Assembly: GCA_963775425.1 (NCBI GenBank)
Contig: CAVZJB010000004.1
Location: forward strand, 192,001 to 256,000
Length of the DNA stretch: 64,000 bases
Direction of reading: 5' to 3'
Origin: an uncultured delta proteobacterium
GTDB taxonomy: Bacteria; Myxococcota; UBA727; VGSZ01
The notes beneath the pieces were generated by a model that was not told where the DNA came from, searched no databases, and saw only the letters and a program-made list of their open reading frames with translations. Below, in pieces: positions 7,440 to 19,216 of the stretch. Position 1 is the first letter of the stretch. Each line of letters starts with the position of its first letter. Both the position numbers and the translations under genes were made by a program.

Positions 7440-9584
7440 TCAAGCCGAGGCGACCGGGAGCGTGAAGGAGATCTCGACCTCGCCGCCCTCGGAGGTGGCC
7501 TGGATGCGGCCGCCGTGCGCCTCCACCAGGCCCTTCGCGATGAACAGGCCAAGCCCGAGGCCCGCTTTCCGCCCCTCATGCGCCTCGGGCGTCCGATAGA
7601 AGCGGGTGAACAGGCTCGTGAGCGCGGCGGCCTCGATAAAACCGCGGTTCCTCACCGAGACGCGCACCATGCCGTCCACGGCGTCGACGGCCACGACAAT
7701 CTCGCCATCCGGCTCGCCGTACTTGGCGGCGTTCGACAACAGGTTCGCGAGCACGCGCTCGACGCGGGCGCGGTCCGCGTAGATGGGAGGCACGCCCTCT
7801 GCCACGCGGACCGTCACCGGCTGCCCGGTCCCGCTGAGCAGGTCGGCGAGCTGCTCCACGATCTCCTGGATCACCGCGGCTGCGTCGAGGCGCTCCCGCT
7901 TGAGCCGCAGTTGCCCCGCCTCGAGCAGCGAAGTGTCCACGAGCTCGTCGAGCATCGCCACCATGCGGTCGACGGCGATGCGGATGCGATCGACGGCCCG
8001 GCTCGCTTGGGCGCCGCCGGCGGGCGCCCGCGCCAGGAGATCGTCCGACATGCGGATGGCCGCGAGCGGCTGCCGCAGGTCGTGCGCGACCATCGCCGCC
8101 CACTCCTCGCGCAAGCGCTCGATCACCCGGAGGGCCGTGAGGTCGCGCCACACCGTCACGGCGCCGGTGATGGTGTCGTGGTCGAGGATCGGTGAGGAGC
8201 TCAACGCCATGGGCACGATCTCGCCGTCGCGCGTCACCACCTGGACGTCGACGCGCTCCGTCACCTCGCGGTACCGCAAGCTCCTGATCAGAGGACGCTC
8301 CTCCCACGGGATGGGCTCCCCCGACGGCCGGCGCAGGTCGAAGACAACGGCGTTCCCGAGCGGATCCCGCTCGCCCTCCTTCGCCACGTCGAGCTCGTGC
8401 GCGCGGCGGTTCACGAGCAGGTGGCCCTCGGCGTCGGAGATGACCATGGGCTCCGGGGTCTGATCGATGGCCGCCTGGAGCCAGGCCCGCTGCTTCTCCA
8501 CCCGCTCGGCGGCGACCGCGATCTCGATTGCCATGGCGGCGCGGGGCGCGAGCATCCTCATGAAGATCTCGTCGTCGGCGTCGAACTCGGGGGCGGCGCG
8601 CTTGTTCGCGAGGTACAGCCCGCCGACGACGCGGCCCGCGTGGGTGATCGGCACCGCGAGGAAGCTCGCCAGCTCGGGGTGGCTGCGCGGGATGCCCCGG
8701 AAGGCCGGGTGCCCCGCCGGCTCGCGTAAGCGCACCGCGGCGCCGTCGGCCAGGAGGGCGAGCACCCCCACCGGCCGCGGGATGGCCATCTGGCGCGCCG
8801 TCTCCGGGTCGACACCGCTCTGCACCCACTTGTCGAAGGGGCGCTGCGCCGATCCCCCCAACCCCACCGCCGACGCCTCGGCGTCGGCGAGGTGGCGCGC
8901 CTGCTCCGCGATGGTCTGGAGCACGCCGTCGAGCCCGATCCGGGGAAGCTCGGCGACGCTCTCGGTGATGACGAGGTGCGCCGCGGAGACCCGCTCCATC
9001 TGCGCGCGCAAGTGAAGCTCGCTTTCGTGCGCCGACCGCAGCTCGCGCGCGAGCTCCTCGTGCGCGCTCACATCGAAGAGCAGCGTGGGGTACTTCCTCT
9101 TGCCGGTGGCGGCACCGGCGTCGAGCGCGCTGATCATCTCGACGGCCACGGGCGCGCCCCTCGGTGCGATCTTGACGCCCGTGCGCACGACCTCCGCGGC
9201 CGCCGTGCAGCGCTGCATGTGCCGCCAGAACGGCGCGGAGTCGGACATCTCCGCGACCACGACAAAGGGCTTTCCGACGAGCGTCGCCCGCTCGCGGTCG
9301 AAGAGCTGCTGCGCCGCGAGGTTGGCCTCGACGACGAGGCCCTTGTCGTCGAGGAACACCGCGGCCACGGGGGCGACGTCGAAGAAACGCGCCCACAGCG
9401 TGGCCGTCGGCCGCGCCGGCTCCGCCCGGGCGCACGCCTCCTCGAGCTCCCGCACCTGGGCGTCGGTGCGCGCGCAGCGCTCGCGGAGTGCTTCCGTCGA
9501 CGCCTCGAGGCCCTCGACGAGCCGCGCGAGCTCCTCGCGTGACAGCTCGCTCAGCGGGCGGCGGCGCAGCTCGTCGAGGTTCAT
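7440..9584 (-). CDS. PAS/GAF/PAS sensor histidine kinase
   Basis: H-box AHDLRQPL, N-box NLLSNAAKY, G-box GLGLGL; ATGA overlap with the cheBR stop. Confidence 0.9.
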   Translation of the reverse strand: MNLDELRRRPLSELSREELARLVEGLEASTEALRERCARTDAQVRELEEACARAEPARPTATLWARFFDVAPVAAVFLDDKGLVVEANLAAQQLFDRERATLVGKPFVVVAEMSDSAPFWRHMQRCTAAAEVVRTGVKIAPRGAPVAVEMISALDAGAATGKRKYPTLLFDVSAHEELARELRSAHESELHLRAQMERVSAAHLVITESVAELPRIGLDGVLQTIAEQARHLADAEASAVGLGGSAQRPFDKWVQSGVDPETARQMAIPRPVGVLALLADGAAVRLREPAGHPAFRGIPRSHPELASFLAVPITHAGRVVGGLYLANKRAAPEFDADDEIFMRMLAPRAAMAIEIAVAAERVEKQRAWLQAAIDQTPEPMVISDAEGHLLVNRRAHELDVAKEGERDPLGNAVVFDLRRPSGEPIPWEERPLIRSLRYREVTERVDVQVVTRDGEIVPMALSSSPILDHDTITGAVTVWRDLTALRVIERLREEWAAMVAHDLRQPLAAIRMSDDLLARAPAGGAQASRAVDRIRIAVDRMVAMLDELVDTSLLEAGQLRLKRERLDAAAVIQEIVEQLADLLSGTGQPVTVRVAEGVPPIYADRARVERVLANLLSNAAKYGEPDGEIVVAVDAVDGMVRVSVRNRGFIEAAALTSLFTRFYRTPEAHEGRKAGLGLGLFIAKGLVEAHGGRIQATSEGGEVEISFTLPVASA

Positions 9585-12469
9585 CCGCGCGCTCCTGCCG
9601 CGCGTGGCTCGATGACGACCAGCGTCAGTGCCCCGCTCCCGCCGGTGTCGTCGACGCGCCGCGCTGACATCTTGACGGGCGGAGCGTTCGGCGCCACGGC
9701 CTCGACGACGACGTCGGAGAACGGGCCGCCGCCGCGGGCGGTGTCCTCGAGCAGCGTCCACAGCTCGGCGTCTTTGCGGCCGCCCCACACGCGCTCGAGG
9801 GGCTGGCCGAACACGTCGCCCACGGGGAACAGGTCGAAGAACGCGCGGTTCGCCCACATGATCCGCAGCTTGTCGTCGAGCACGAGGAGCGCCTGCGGGA
9901 CGACGGCGAGCACGTCGGCGGCGACGTCCCCAATCTCCCCCGGACCAGCCGCCCGCTCGGTGGCGGGCGCACGCACCAGCTCGATGACCACGCCGCGCAC
10001 GCCGCCCTCGCCCGTGCGATAGGGCATCACGCGCATGGCGTACCAACGACCCTCGACGGAGCGCACCCGCAGCTCCTGGGGCGCGAGCGCCGCGATGACG
10101 GAGGCGATGACGCTCTCGAGGTCGCGCACCATCATCACGGTGCGCACGTAGGCGACCGGGCGGCCCACGTCCGACGGGATGAGGTTCAACAGCTTCTCGG
10201 CCGCGGCGGAGAAGCCGCGGATGCGCATGTCTTCGCCGACGAACAACAACGCCGCGGAGACCGTGGCGAGCGCGTTTTTGAGGTCGTCACCGGTGATCGA
10301 CAGCTGCGTCATGCGGCTCTGCAGCTCGTCGTTGACGGTGGTGAGCTCTTCGTTGGTGGACTGCAGCTCCTCCTTGGACGTCTCGAGCTCCTCGTTCGTC
10401 GACTGCAGCTCCTCGTTGGAGCTCTGCAACTCCTCGTTGGCGCTCTGCAGCTCTTCGTTGGCGACCTCGAGCTCCTCGATGGTGGTCTGCAACGACTCCT
10501 TCGACGCTGCCAGCTCACGCTGGAGCGCCTCCACCTCGGCCTCCACCGCGACGGGCGGCCCCGCCTCGACCGCGACGCCACCGGGCTCATCGCGGAACAG
10601 CACGAGGTAACACGGCGCCGCGCCACCGGTGTCGGCGACCGGCATGACGTCGATGACGACGCTGCGCGCGTCCGATCCCACGGCCATGCGGACCGGCCGC
10701 GAGCTGGCGCTGGTGCCGCTCTTGGCCGACGCGGCGACCGTGGCGCGGGCGACCGGCGCGAGCTCGGGCCGAAGGAGCTTGAGCAGTTGATTGCTGAGGA
10801 CGCCGGGCACGGGCTCGAGGAACGGCCCGGTACGGCCACGGAGCTGGACGACCTCGAGCGTGTCCGTCACCAGCATGCCCGGCGGCGCGTAGCGCTCGAG
10901 CAGCCGCCGGTCGGCGACCTGTTGCACGCTCAGCGGCGTGCGTTGGGCGGCGGGGCCCCCATGACGCTCACGGGGCAGCGCGGCGGCGCGGAGCGCGCCC
11001 GGGTCGAAGGCGCGCCCGAGGTGCGCGTTGTGCTTCGTGTAGATCTTCAACTTGCGGTCGGCGAGGCTGAAGAGGTCGTCCGCCTCGCTGACGGACTCGG
11101 ACAGCCCGAGCACCAGCGCGCCCCCGGGGTTGAGCGCATAGTGGAAGACGCGGAGCACGCGTCGCTGCGCGTGCGGCTGCAGGTAGATGAGGACATTTCG
11201 ACAACTGATGACGTCGAGGCGCGAAAACGGTGGATCCCGGACGAGGTCGTGGCGCGCGAACACCACCATGTCCCGGATGCGCCGGCTCACCCGGTAGCCG
11301 CGCTCGTCGACGACGAAGTAGCGCTGAAGGCGCTCCGTCGAGACCTCCGCCTCGATGCTCTTCGGGTAGACGGCGTGGCGCGCGCGATCGAGGGCCGCCT
11401 CGTCGATGTCGGTGGCGAAGATCTGCACCGGTTGGGCGGGCGCGTGCTCCCCGAGGAGCTCCAGCGCGCAGATGGCGATCGAGTACGCCTCCTCGCCGGT
11501 GGCGCAGCCGGGGACCCAGACGCGCAGCGGGACCTCGGCCGCCCGCCCCTCGAGGAGCGCCGGCAGCACCCGCTCCTCGAGCGCCTTGAACACGTCGGGG
11601 TCGCGGAAGAAGCTGCTGACCCCGATGAGGAGGTCGCCGAACAGGAGACCGAGCTCGGAGGGGTTCTTGTCGAGGTAACGGACGTAGCTCTCGAGCGTGT
11701 CGAGGCGCAGCAGCGCCAGGCGCCGATAGAGGCGCCGCTCGATGGTCCCGCGCTTGTATGCGGCGAAGTCGACGCCGATGGCGACGCGCAGCTTGTTGAA
11801 GACGGTGGCGAGCGCGTCGGCGGGGAGCGGCAGGTCGTGCTCGAGGGCCACATACGGGTGGATGCCGAGCCGCATGAGCTCGTCGCCAATCTCGGCGGGC
11901 GTCAGGCAGAAGTCGACGACGCCCGCGTTGAGCGCCGACTGCGGCATCGAGCGAGCGCCCGCCGTGGACGGCTCCTGCGCGAAGGTGATGCCGCCCTCCT
12001 CCTTGATGGCGCGCAGGCCGAGCGTCCCGTCGTTGGCGGCGCCGCTCAACACCACGCCGATCGCGCGGCGCCCGCGCTCCGCCGCGAGGGAGCGCAGGAA
12101 GACGTCGATGGTGTGCCGGGGGGGCGTGCGATCCACCGGCCTGTTGAGGCGCAGGTGACCGTTGCGGAGGAGCACATCGACGTTCGGCGGCGCCACGTAC
12201 ACGTGGCCGCGCTCGACGAGCACGCCGTCCTCGATCTCCACGACCTTCATCCCCGTGGCGCGCGCGAGGATCTCCGGCAGCGAGCTCACATGATCGGGCG
12301 AGAGGTGCTGGACGACGACGACCGCGAGCTCGCCGCGCGAGACCCGGCCGAGGAGGACCTCGAGCGCGTCGAGGCCTCCGGCGGACGCGCCGACGCCGAC
12401 GATGGTGACGTCGGCCGGACCTGTCTGTTCGGGGGCATCCCCGGAGGCGCCCTGCTTCCTCGCGGCCAT
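9581..12469 (-). CDS. CheB/CheR fusion protein with coiled coil and PAS domains
   Basis: GASAGG, VQHL, SGAANDG (CheB triad); WVPGCATGEEAYS, ISCRNVLIY (CheR); EELQSxN heptad repeats. Confidence 0.93.
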   Translation of the reverse strand: MAARKQGASGDAPEQTGPADVTIVGVGASAGGLDALEVLLGRVSRGELAVVVVQHLSPDHVSSLPEILARATGMKVVEIEDGVLVERGHVYVAPPNVDVLLRNGHLRLNRPVDRTPPRHTIDVFLRSLAAERGRRAIGVVLSGAANDGTLGLRAIKEEGGITFAQEPSTAGARSMPQSALNAGVVDFCLTPAEIGDELMRLGIHPYVALEHDLPLPADALATVFNKLRVAIGVDFAAYKRGTIERRLYRRLALLRLDTLESYVRYLDKNPSELGLLFGDLLIGVSSFFRDPDVFKALEERVLPALLEGRAAEVPLRVWVPGCATGEEAYSIAICALELLGEHAPAQPVQIFATDIDEAALDRARHAVYPKSIEAEVSTERLQRYFVVDERGYRVSRRIRDMVVFARHDLVRDPPFSRLDVISCRNVLIYLQPHAQRRVLRVFHYALNPGGALVLGLSESVSEADDLFSLADRKLKIYTKHNAHLGRAFDPGALRAAALPRERHGGPAAQRTPLSVQQVADRRLLERYAPPGMLVTDTLEVVQLRGRTGPFLEPVPGVLSNQLLKLLRPELAPVARATVAASAKSGTSASSRPVRMAVGSDARSVVIDVMPVADTGGAAPCYLVLFRDEPGGVAVEAGPPVAVEAEVEALQRELAASKESLQTTIEELEVANEELQSANEELQSSNEELQSTNEELETSKEELQSTNEELTTVNDELQSRMTQLSITGDDLKNALATVSAALLFVGEDMRIRGFSAAAEKLLNLIPSDVGRPVAYVRTVMMVRDLESVIASVIAALAPQELRVRSVEGRWYAMRVMPYRTGEGGVRGVVIELVRAPATERAAGPGEIGDVAADVLAVVPQALLVLDDKLRIMWANRAFFDLFPVGDVFGQPLERVWGGRKDAELWTLLEDTARGGGPFSDVVVEAVAPNAPPVKMSARRVDDTGGSGALTLVVIEPRAAGARG

Positions 12470-12729
12470 CCCGCCCCCAATTTCGCTGCGCGGCGCGTGT
12501 TGCTTGCGGCCGCGACCGTCCAGGCTGCCTATACCGTTCGCACCCGCGCGCTTCCGCAAGAATCGTCCGCGGCGGGCCTCCGGACGCCGATCACAAACGT
12601 CCGGCTCGCGACGTCGCTCGACGTGAGGAGGATCCCCGCGGCGCACGTCGCGCGCCGCGGGTCCGGGCCACGATGACGACGCGCGCCGCGGCGCCCGGCT
12701 CGCGCGCGCCGCGGTGGTATCGTCGACGC

Positions 12730-13911
<1,182 letters not shown>

Positions 13912-14011
13912 GCCCCACGATGACCAAGCTCGCCGCCGTCCTGCTCGTCGTCGAGGCCGCGGTCGTCACATGGGGCCACGTCGTCGCCGGCCCTGCGAAC
14001 GGGGGGACGCC

Positions 14012-15100
14012 GTGACGCTCCGCCCCCTCGTGCTCGGCGCGCGCGCAGCCGGGGCGCGGCTCGAGCGCATGCAGGCCTCGGAGCGCTTCCGCGAGGGGCG
14101 CTTCTGGAACATCGCGCCGGGCGTGATGGAGAAGGCGCCGGGCGTCGCCGTGCTCGGCGAGTACTTCTTCGGCGGCAACGAGCGCGTGCCCAGGAAGCCG
14201 CTGCCGGTCGTCGACGACACGCTCGCGCGCCTCGCGCGCCCCGCCGACGACGGCCTGCGGCTCACGTGGCTCGGGCACTCCACCGTGCTCGTGGAGCTCG
14301 ATGGCGTTCGCCTGCTCACCGACCCGGTGTTCGGCTCGCACGCGTCACCGTCGACGATGTTCGGTCCCAAGCGCTTCCACCCGCCGCCGGTGGCGCTCGA
14401 CGCGCTGCCGCCGCTCGACGCCGTGGTGATCTCGCACGACCACTACGACCACCTGTGCATGCCGTCCATCCGCGCGCTCGCCGCGGGGGCGTCGGGCTTC
14501 ACGGGACCCTTCATCATGCCGCTCGGCGTGGGCGCGCACCTCGAGGCCTGGGGGGTGCCACCGGAGCGCATCGTCGAGCGCGAGTGGGGCGAGCACGTCG
14601 ACGTCGCCGGCGCGCCCGGGAGCGCCGCCGGCGGGGGCCGCGCCGAGGCCCGCCTCGTCGCCACGCCCGCGCAGCACTTCTCCGGGCGCGGGCCGCGCGA
14701 CCGGTTCAGCACGCTGTGGTGCGGCTGGGCCATGCTCGGACGGCGACACCGCGTGTTCTTCTCCGGTGACACCGGCCTGTGCGACGACTTCGCTGCGGTC
14801 GGACGTGCTTACGGGCCGTTCGACGTCGCCATGTTCGAGATCGGCGCCTGGCACCCGGCGTGGGGCGACATCCACCTCGGCCCCGACAACGCCGCCGTCG
14901 CCTTCGGCATGCTCGGCGCCAAGGCGCTGCTCCCTGTGCACTGGGGCACGTTCAACCTCGCGCTCCACGACTGGAACGAGCCCATCGAGACCCTGTCGGC
15001 GCGCGCCGAGGCCGACGGTCTGCTCGTGCTCGCGCCCCGCCTGGGCCAACCCGCGGAGCCCTCCGTCGAGGAGCACTACGCGCCGTGGTGGCGTCTGTGA
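14012..15100 (+). CDS. MBL-fold metallo-hydrolase (NAPE-PLD/RomA-like)
   Basis: TWLGHST, LTDPVF, SHDHYDHL, PAQHFSGR, FSGDTG, PVHWGTF. Confidence 0.9.
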   Translation: MTLRPLVLGARAAGARLERMQASERFREGRFWNIAPGVMEKAPGVAVLGEYFFGGNERVPRKPLPVVDDTLARLARPADDGLRLTWLGHSTVLVELDGVRLLTDPVFGSHASPSTMFGPKRFHPPPVALDALPPLDAVVISHDHYDHLCMPSIRALAAGASGFTGPFIMPLGVGAHLEAWGVPPERIVEREWGEHVDVAGAPGSAAGGGRAEARLVATPAQHFSGRGPRDRFSTLWCGWAMLGRRHRVFFSGDTGLCDDFAAVGRAYGPFDVAMFEIGAWHPAWGDIHLGPDNAAVAFGMLGAKALLPVHWGTFNLALHDWNEPIETLSARAEADGLLVLAPRLGQPAEPSVEEHYAPWWRL

Positions 15101-15174
15101 CGGTCGCGCGGTCGGCGACGAACGTGCCGGTCGACGCCCTTGACCGCGGGGGGCAGGAAAGGAACGTTCCCTCC

Positions 15175-15561
15175 ATGGCCCCGGACACCGAAGCCAGGCG
15201 CGTGCTCATCGTCGACGACAGCATCGAGATCGCCGAGCTGACGGCGGAGGCCCTGCGCGAGCTCGGACACGAGGTGCGCATCGCGCACGACGGCAACGCC
15301 GCCCTCGCCACCGCCGCCGACTTCAAGCCCGACGTCGCGCTCCTCGACCTCGGCCTGCCGTCGATGGACGGCTACTCGCTGTGTCGCAAGATGCGCTCGG
15401 CAGGGCTCGTTCCGCGCCTCATCGCGCTCACCGGCTACAGCCAGCCCGACGACAAGGAGCGCACGCGCAGCGCGGGCTTCGAGCTGCACCTCGTCAAGCC
15501 CGTCGACCTCGACGTGCTCCACCGCGCCGTCGTCGGGACCGAGGGCGCGCCCAGCCGGTGA
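15175..15561 (+). CDS. Single-domain response regulator
   Basis: VLIVDD, LLDLGLPSMDG, ALTG, KP motifs. Confidence 0.92.
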   Translation: MAPDTEARRVLIVDDSIEIAELTAEALRELGHEVRIAHDGNAALATAADFKPDVALLDLGLPSMDGYSLCRKMRSAGLVPRLIALTGYSQPDDKERTRSAGFELHLVKPVDLDVLHRAVVGTEGAPSR

Positions 15562-15568
15562 CGCCGGG

Positions 15569-16726
15569 TCACACGCGATCGGTGTCGATGGAAGGGTCGG
15601 TGACGGGCCCGGGGTCGAACGCGTCGGGCATGTCGTCGCGGTCGACCTCGCAGGCGAGCACGGCGCCGCGCGGCAACGACCCCGTGAGCTCCGCCAGCGC
15701 GTCGTTCACGCGGCGCAACAGCGCGCTCTTCTCCCGGTAGGGCAAAAACGCGCTCTTGAAGCCCTGCACGATGAGCACCTTCAGCTCCTCGAGGGTGAAG
15801 CCGAGCTTCTCGTGCGCGAGCCAGAGCTCCTGCGACACCGTGGTGTCGGTGATGAGGCGGTTGTCGGTGTTGAGCGACACGCGCACACCGACGTCGAAGA
15901 ACAGGCGCAGCGGGTGGTGGGCGAGGTCGTCGACGACGCTGGTCTGGAAGTTCGACGACAAGCAGACCTCGAGCGGGATGCGGCGGTCGGTGACGTAGGC
16001 GAGCAGATCGCCGTCTTCGCCGAGCCGGGTGCCGTGGCCGATGCGGTGGGCGCCGCAGTAGTGCAGCGCCTGCTTGATGCTCGCGGGGCCGTAGGCCTCG
16101 CCGGCGTGCACCGTGGTGTTCATGTTGTTGTCGAGGACGAGCGCGAAGCTCGCCTGGTGGTCCTTGGCGGGGTTCCCGGCCTCGCCGCCGGCAAGGTCGA
16201 AGGCCACCACGCCCTTGCGCTTGTACGCCACCGCGAGCTCCGCGAGCCGGAACGAGTCGCGCGGGTCCATGTTGCGGATGCCGCAGAGGATGACGCCGGT
16301 GGTGATGTCGTGTTGCCGCCCGGCCCGCTGCAGCCCGGCGAGCACCGCCTCGTTCACCCGGGCCAGCGACAGCCCACGCCGGGTGTGCAGGATGGGCGCG
16401 TAGCGCACCTCGAGGTGCCAGACGTTCTCGGCGGCGGCGTCGCAGGCGAGCTCGAAGGCGACGCGCTCGAGGGCCTCCTCGGTCTGCAGCACGCTGCAGG
16501 TGACGTCGAACGCCTTGAGGTACTCGACGAGATCCTTGCAGCGCTCACCCTTGTGGATGGCGCGCGCGAGCCCCTCCTCGTCGGACGCGGGCAGCTTCAC
16601 GCGCTGCTTCTCGGCGAGCTCCAGGATGGTCTTGAGCCGCATGCTGCCGTCGAGGTGGCAGTGCAGGTCGGTCTTGGGCACCTGCTGGAGGAGCTCGCGC
16701 GTGATGGTCGGGTGGCCGTTCTTCAT
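15569..16726 (-). CDS. add: Adenosine deaminase
   Basis: LHCHLDGS, DLAGGE, TVHAGE, RIGHG, NTDN motifs. Confidence 0.93.
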   Translation of the reverse strand: MKNGHPTITRELLQQVPKTDLHCHLDGSMRLKTILELAEKQRVKLPASDEEGLARAIHKGERCKDLVEYLKAFDVTCSVLQTEEALERVAFELACDAAAENVWHLEVRYAPILHTRRGLSLARVNEAVLAGLQRAGRQHDITTGVILCGIRNMDPRDSFRLAELAVAYKRKGVVAFDLAGGEAGNPAKDHQASFALVLDNNMNTTVHAGEAYGPASIKQALHYCGAHRIGHGTRLGEDGDLLAYVTDRRIPLEVCLSSNFQTSVVDDLAHHPLRLFFDVGVRVSLNTDNRLITDTTVSQELWLAHEKLGFTLEELKVLIVQGFKSAFLPYREKSALLRRVNDALAELTGSLPRGAVLACEVDRDDMPDAFDPGPVTDPSIDTDRV

Positions 16727-18123
16727 CTCTTCTCACTCCGGCGGCGCAGGAAGTCCGCTTCGATCCGCTCGAGGTCCTCCGCGGTGACGGCGTCGTCCTC
16801 GCCGGCGGCGAAGGCACGAAACCCCTCGTCGCTCTTGCGAAACGAGCTCGGGCGCAGGTCGAACGGAAGCAACTTGAGCATGATGGGAAGCAGAACAAAA
16901 CCACCCGGGAGCGCAAAGACCGCCAGGCTCGGGACGGCCCGCACGACATCGAAGAGCTGCTCGCGCATGCGCTTCTTCTCCTCGCGCGTCAGCCGGTTGC
17001 CCGCGGCGCGCTTGGCCAGCAGGAACGCGAGGTCGCCCGTCTCGCGCACCTCGTGCCAGAGCGCGTCGACGTTGTCGAAGACGGCGCGGGCGACGCGGGT
17101 GGCGGCGGGCGCGCCGGCGCCGGCGCCGGCGGCGGCGAAGCCGGCGGCATGGGCGAGCGGATCGACGGTCTCCGGGTGCCTGCGGACGAACGCGATCACC
17201 CGCCGCTCGACGCGCGTGCGCCGCGCGGGCGACATGCCGAGCGCCCCGCCGAGGCCAAGGAGCAGCTCGCGCTCCTCGGGAGACACGCGGCCGTCGACGC
17301 AGGCCGCGAGGGACGCGTGCAGGTAGACGCGCTCCTGGGCGCCGGCGGGCACGAGCGTGGCGAGCCGCGAAGGCTCGGCGGGCCGGGTGGTCTGCTCGAG
17401 GAGGGCCGCGGTCTCGACGCGGGAGAGGCCGAGCGAACGGACCTGCCACAGGGCCGCGGTCTTGACGTCGGCGGCGTCGGCGCCCTCGCGCCACTCCGAG
17501 AGGAGCGCGACGGCGGCGAGGGTGGCGAGGCGCTCGGCGGCCAGGCGCGTCTGGAGGGCGCTCGCCTCCTCCTTGAGCGGCACGCGGCCGTAGACGTCGA
17601 CGACGGCGTGCACGAGCGCCAGCGAATCAACCGCGGTGAAGGCGTGGTTGAGCAGCAGGCCAACGATGGGGTTGCCCTGCAGGTAGCGCCGCTTCTGGAG
17701 CTCCCGCGCGATCTGCTCGAGCGCCTTGTCGCAGCGGGCGGGGACGGCGCCGAGCGCGAGCGCCTGGGCGTCCTCGTCGCCGCCGTAGACGAGGGCGAGG
17801 GCGGCGCCGAGCGCGCGGGCGCGGCGGGCGGCGGCGTCGGCGGGCGAGGTGCCCGGGGCGTCGAGGACGTGGCCGACGAGGTCGACGTGGTCGGCCAACA
17901 CCGCGAGCCAGCGCACGAGGGCGATGAGGTCGCCGGCCCCCTTGCTGAGCTGCTGCTCCCGGCGCAGCAGGGGGGCCCCGAGCGCGAGCCCGCGGTGGTG
18001 CGCAGACGCCAGCACGAGGCGCCGCGCGTGCACTCGCGTACGAAACCGCTCGGGCGCGCGCGCCACGGGCCGCGCGAACGCCTCCTCGAGGAACTGCGCG
18101 AGCCAGTGCTTCGGCGCCGTCAC
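16723..18123 (-). CDS. TerB-like/LETM1-like domain protein
   Basis: ACVDGRVSPEE (TerB-like); C-terminal EQLFDVVRAVPSLAVFALPGG..LLP..LRPSSF resembles the LETM1-related domain; start uncertain. Confidence 0.65.
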   Translation of the reverse strand: MTAPKHWLAQFLEEAFARPVARAPERFRTRVHARRLVLASAHHRGLALGAPLLRREQQLSKGAGDLIALVRWLAVLADHVDLVGHVLDAPGTSPADAAARRARALGAALALVYGGDEDAQALALGAVPARCDKALEQIARELQKRRYLQGNPIVGLLLNHAFTAVDSLALVHAVVDVYGRVPLKEEASALQTRLAAERLATLAAVALLSEWREGADAADVKTAALWQVRSLGLSRVETAALLEQTTRPAEPSRLATLVPAGAQERVYLHASLAACVDGRVSPEERELLLGLGGALGMSPARRTRVERRVIAFVRRHPETVDPLAHAAGFAAAGAGAGAPAATRVARAVFDNVDALWHEVRETGDLAFLLAKRAAGNRLTREEKKRMREQLFDVVRAVPSLAVFALPGGFVLLPIMLKLLPFDLRPSSFRKSDEGFRAFAAGEDDAVTAEDLERIEADFLRRRSEKR

Positions 18124-18214
18124 GACGTCACCCCGGCCGCGGTCCGGCCGCCGCGCCACGACGAACGCGCTCGCGCACGGCGCTCCCCTCCGGCGCCCGC
18201 GGCGGAGCGCGGGG

Positions 18215-19216
18215 TCATCGGAGCGCCTCGTCGAGGCGGAGGAGGTCGGCGGGCAACGGCGCCTCGAAGCGCAACTGTGTCCCGGTGCGCGGGTGCGCGA
18301 GCGCCAGCGTGGCCGCGTGGAGCGCCTGCCGCTTCAGCGCGGCGACGGCGTCGTGGACGGCGCCGGGCCGCAGGCGCTTCTCCGCGTGACCGCCGCCGTA
18401 GAGCGCGTCCTGCGCGAGCGGGTGCCCGATGTCCGCGAGGTGCGCGCGGATCTGGTGCGTGCGCCCGGTGAGGAGCTCCACGTCGAGGGCGCTCACGCCG
18501 TCAATCGACGCCGTAACGACGAAGCGCGAGCGCGCCAGGCGCCCGCCCGAAGCTTCGGTCGGCGGCGGCACCTTGGTGGTGAACCGCCGCCTGTCGCCCG
18601 TCGCGCGGCGGTGGCCCGTGACGAGCTCGAAGGCGTCCTCGCGCGGCCGGCCGAGGCAGTACGCGCGGTAGCGCTTGTCCACCCGCCGCTCGGCGAACGC
18701 GCGCGCCGTGGCCGCGAGCGACGCGTCGTTCTTGCAGACGACGAGGACGCCCGACGTGTCCTTGTCGAGCCGGTGCACGATGCCGGGGCGCCGCTCGCCG
18801 CCGACGGCGACGCCGGGGCAGCGAAACAGGACCGCGTTGGCCACCGTGCCGTCGGGGTTGCCGGCGCCCGGGTGCACCGGCATGCCCGCGGCCTTGTCGA
18901 CGACGAGCAGGTCGTCGTCCTCGTAGAGCACCGCCAGCGGCAGGTCCTGGGGCACGAGCTCGGCGGGCGCCGGCGCGGGCTCCACCACGCAGACGACCTC
19001 CCCGCCTCTGAGCTTGTCGCTCTTCTTGGCGGCGCGCCCGTCGACCGTCACCCGCGCGTCGCCGATGAGCGCGTCGAGCCGCGAGCGGGAGAGGGGCATG
19101 CGGGCGGCGAGGAACGCATCGAGGCGCGCGCCTGCCGCCTCGAGCGGGACGTCGACGGTGGTGGTGGTCGCGCGGTCGTCGTCGTCGAGGTCGTTGTCGA
19201 GGTGGGCGGCTACCAG
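18215..19216 (-). CDS. rluD: RluA/RluD family pseudouridine synthase; as sequenced, in frame with the upstream small gene
   Basis: S4 domain RLDAFLA, DKAAGMPVHP, HRLDKDTSG, TGRTHQIR, RQALHA; start unclear. Confidence 0.9.
   Translation of the reverse strand: MVAAHLDNDLDDDDRATTTTVDVPLEAAGARLDAFLAARMPLSRSRLDALIGDARVTVDGRAAKKSDKLRGGEVVCVVEPAPAPAELVPQDLPLAVLYEDDDLLVVDKAAGMPVHPGAGNPDGTVANAVLFRCPGVAVGGERRPGIVHRLDKDTSGVLVVCKNDASLAATARAFAERRVDKRYRAYCLGRPREDAFELVTGHRRATGDRRRFTTKVPPPTEASGGRLARSRFVVTASIDGVSALDVELLTGRTHQIRAHLADIGHPLAQDALYGGGHAEKRLRPGAVHDAVAALKRQALHAATLALAHPRTGTQLRFEAPLPADLLRLDEALR

Noticed and set aside
10330-10480. 21 bp periodic repeats in cheBR
   Set aside because: Ordinary EELQSxN coiled-coil heptads of CheBR proteins
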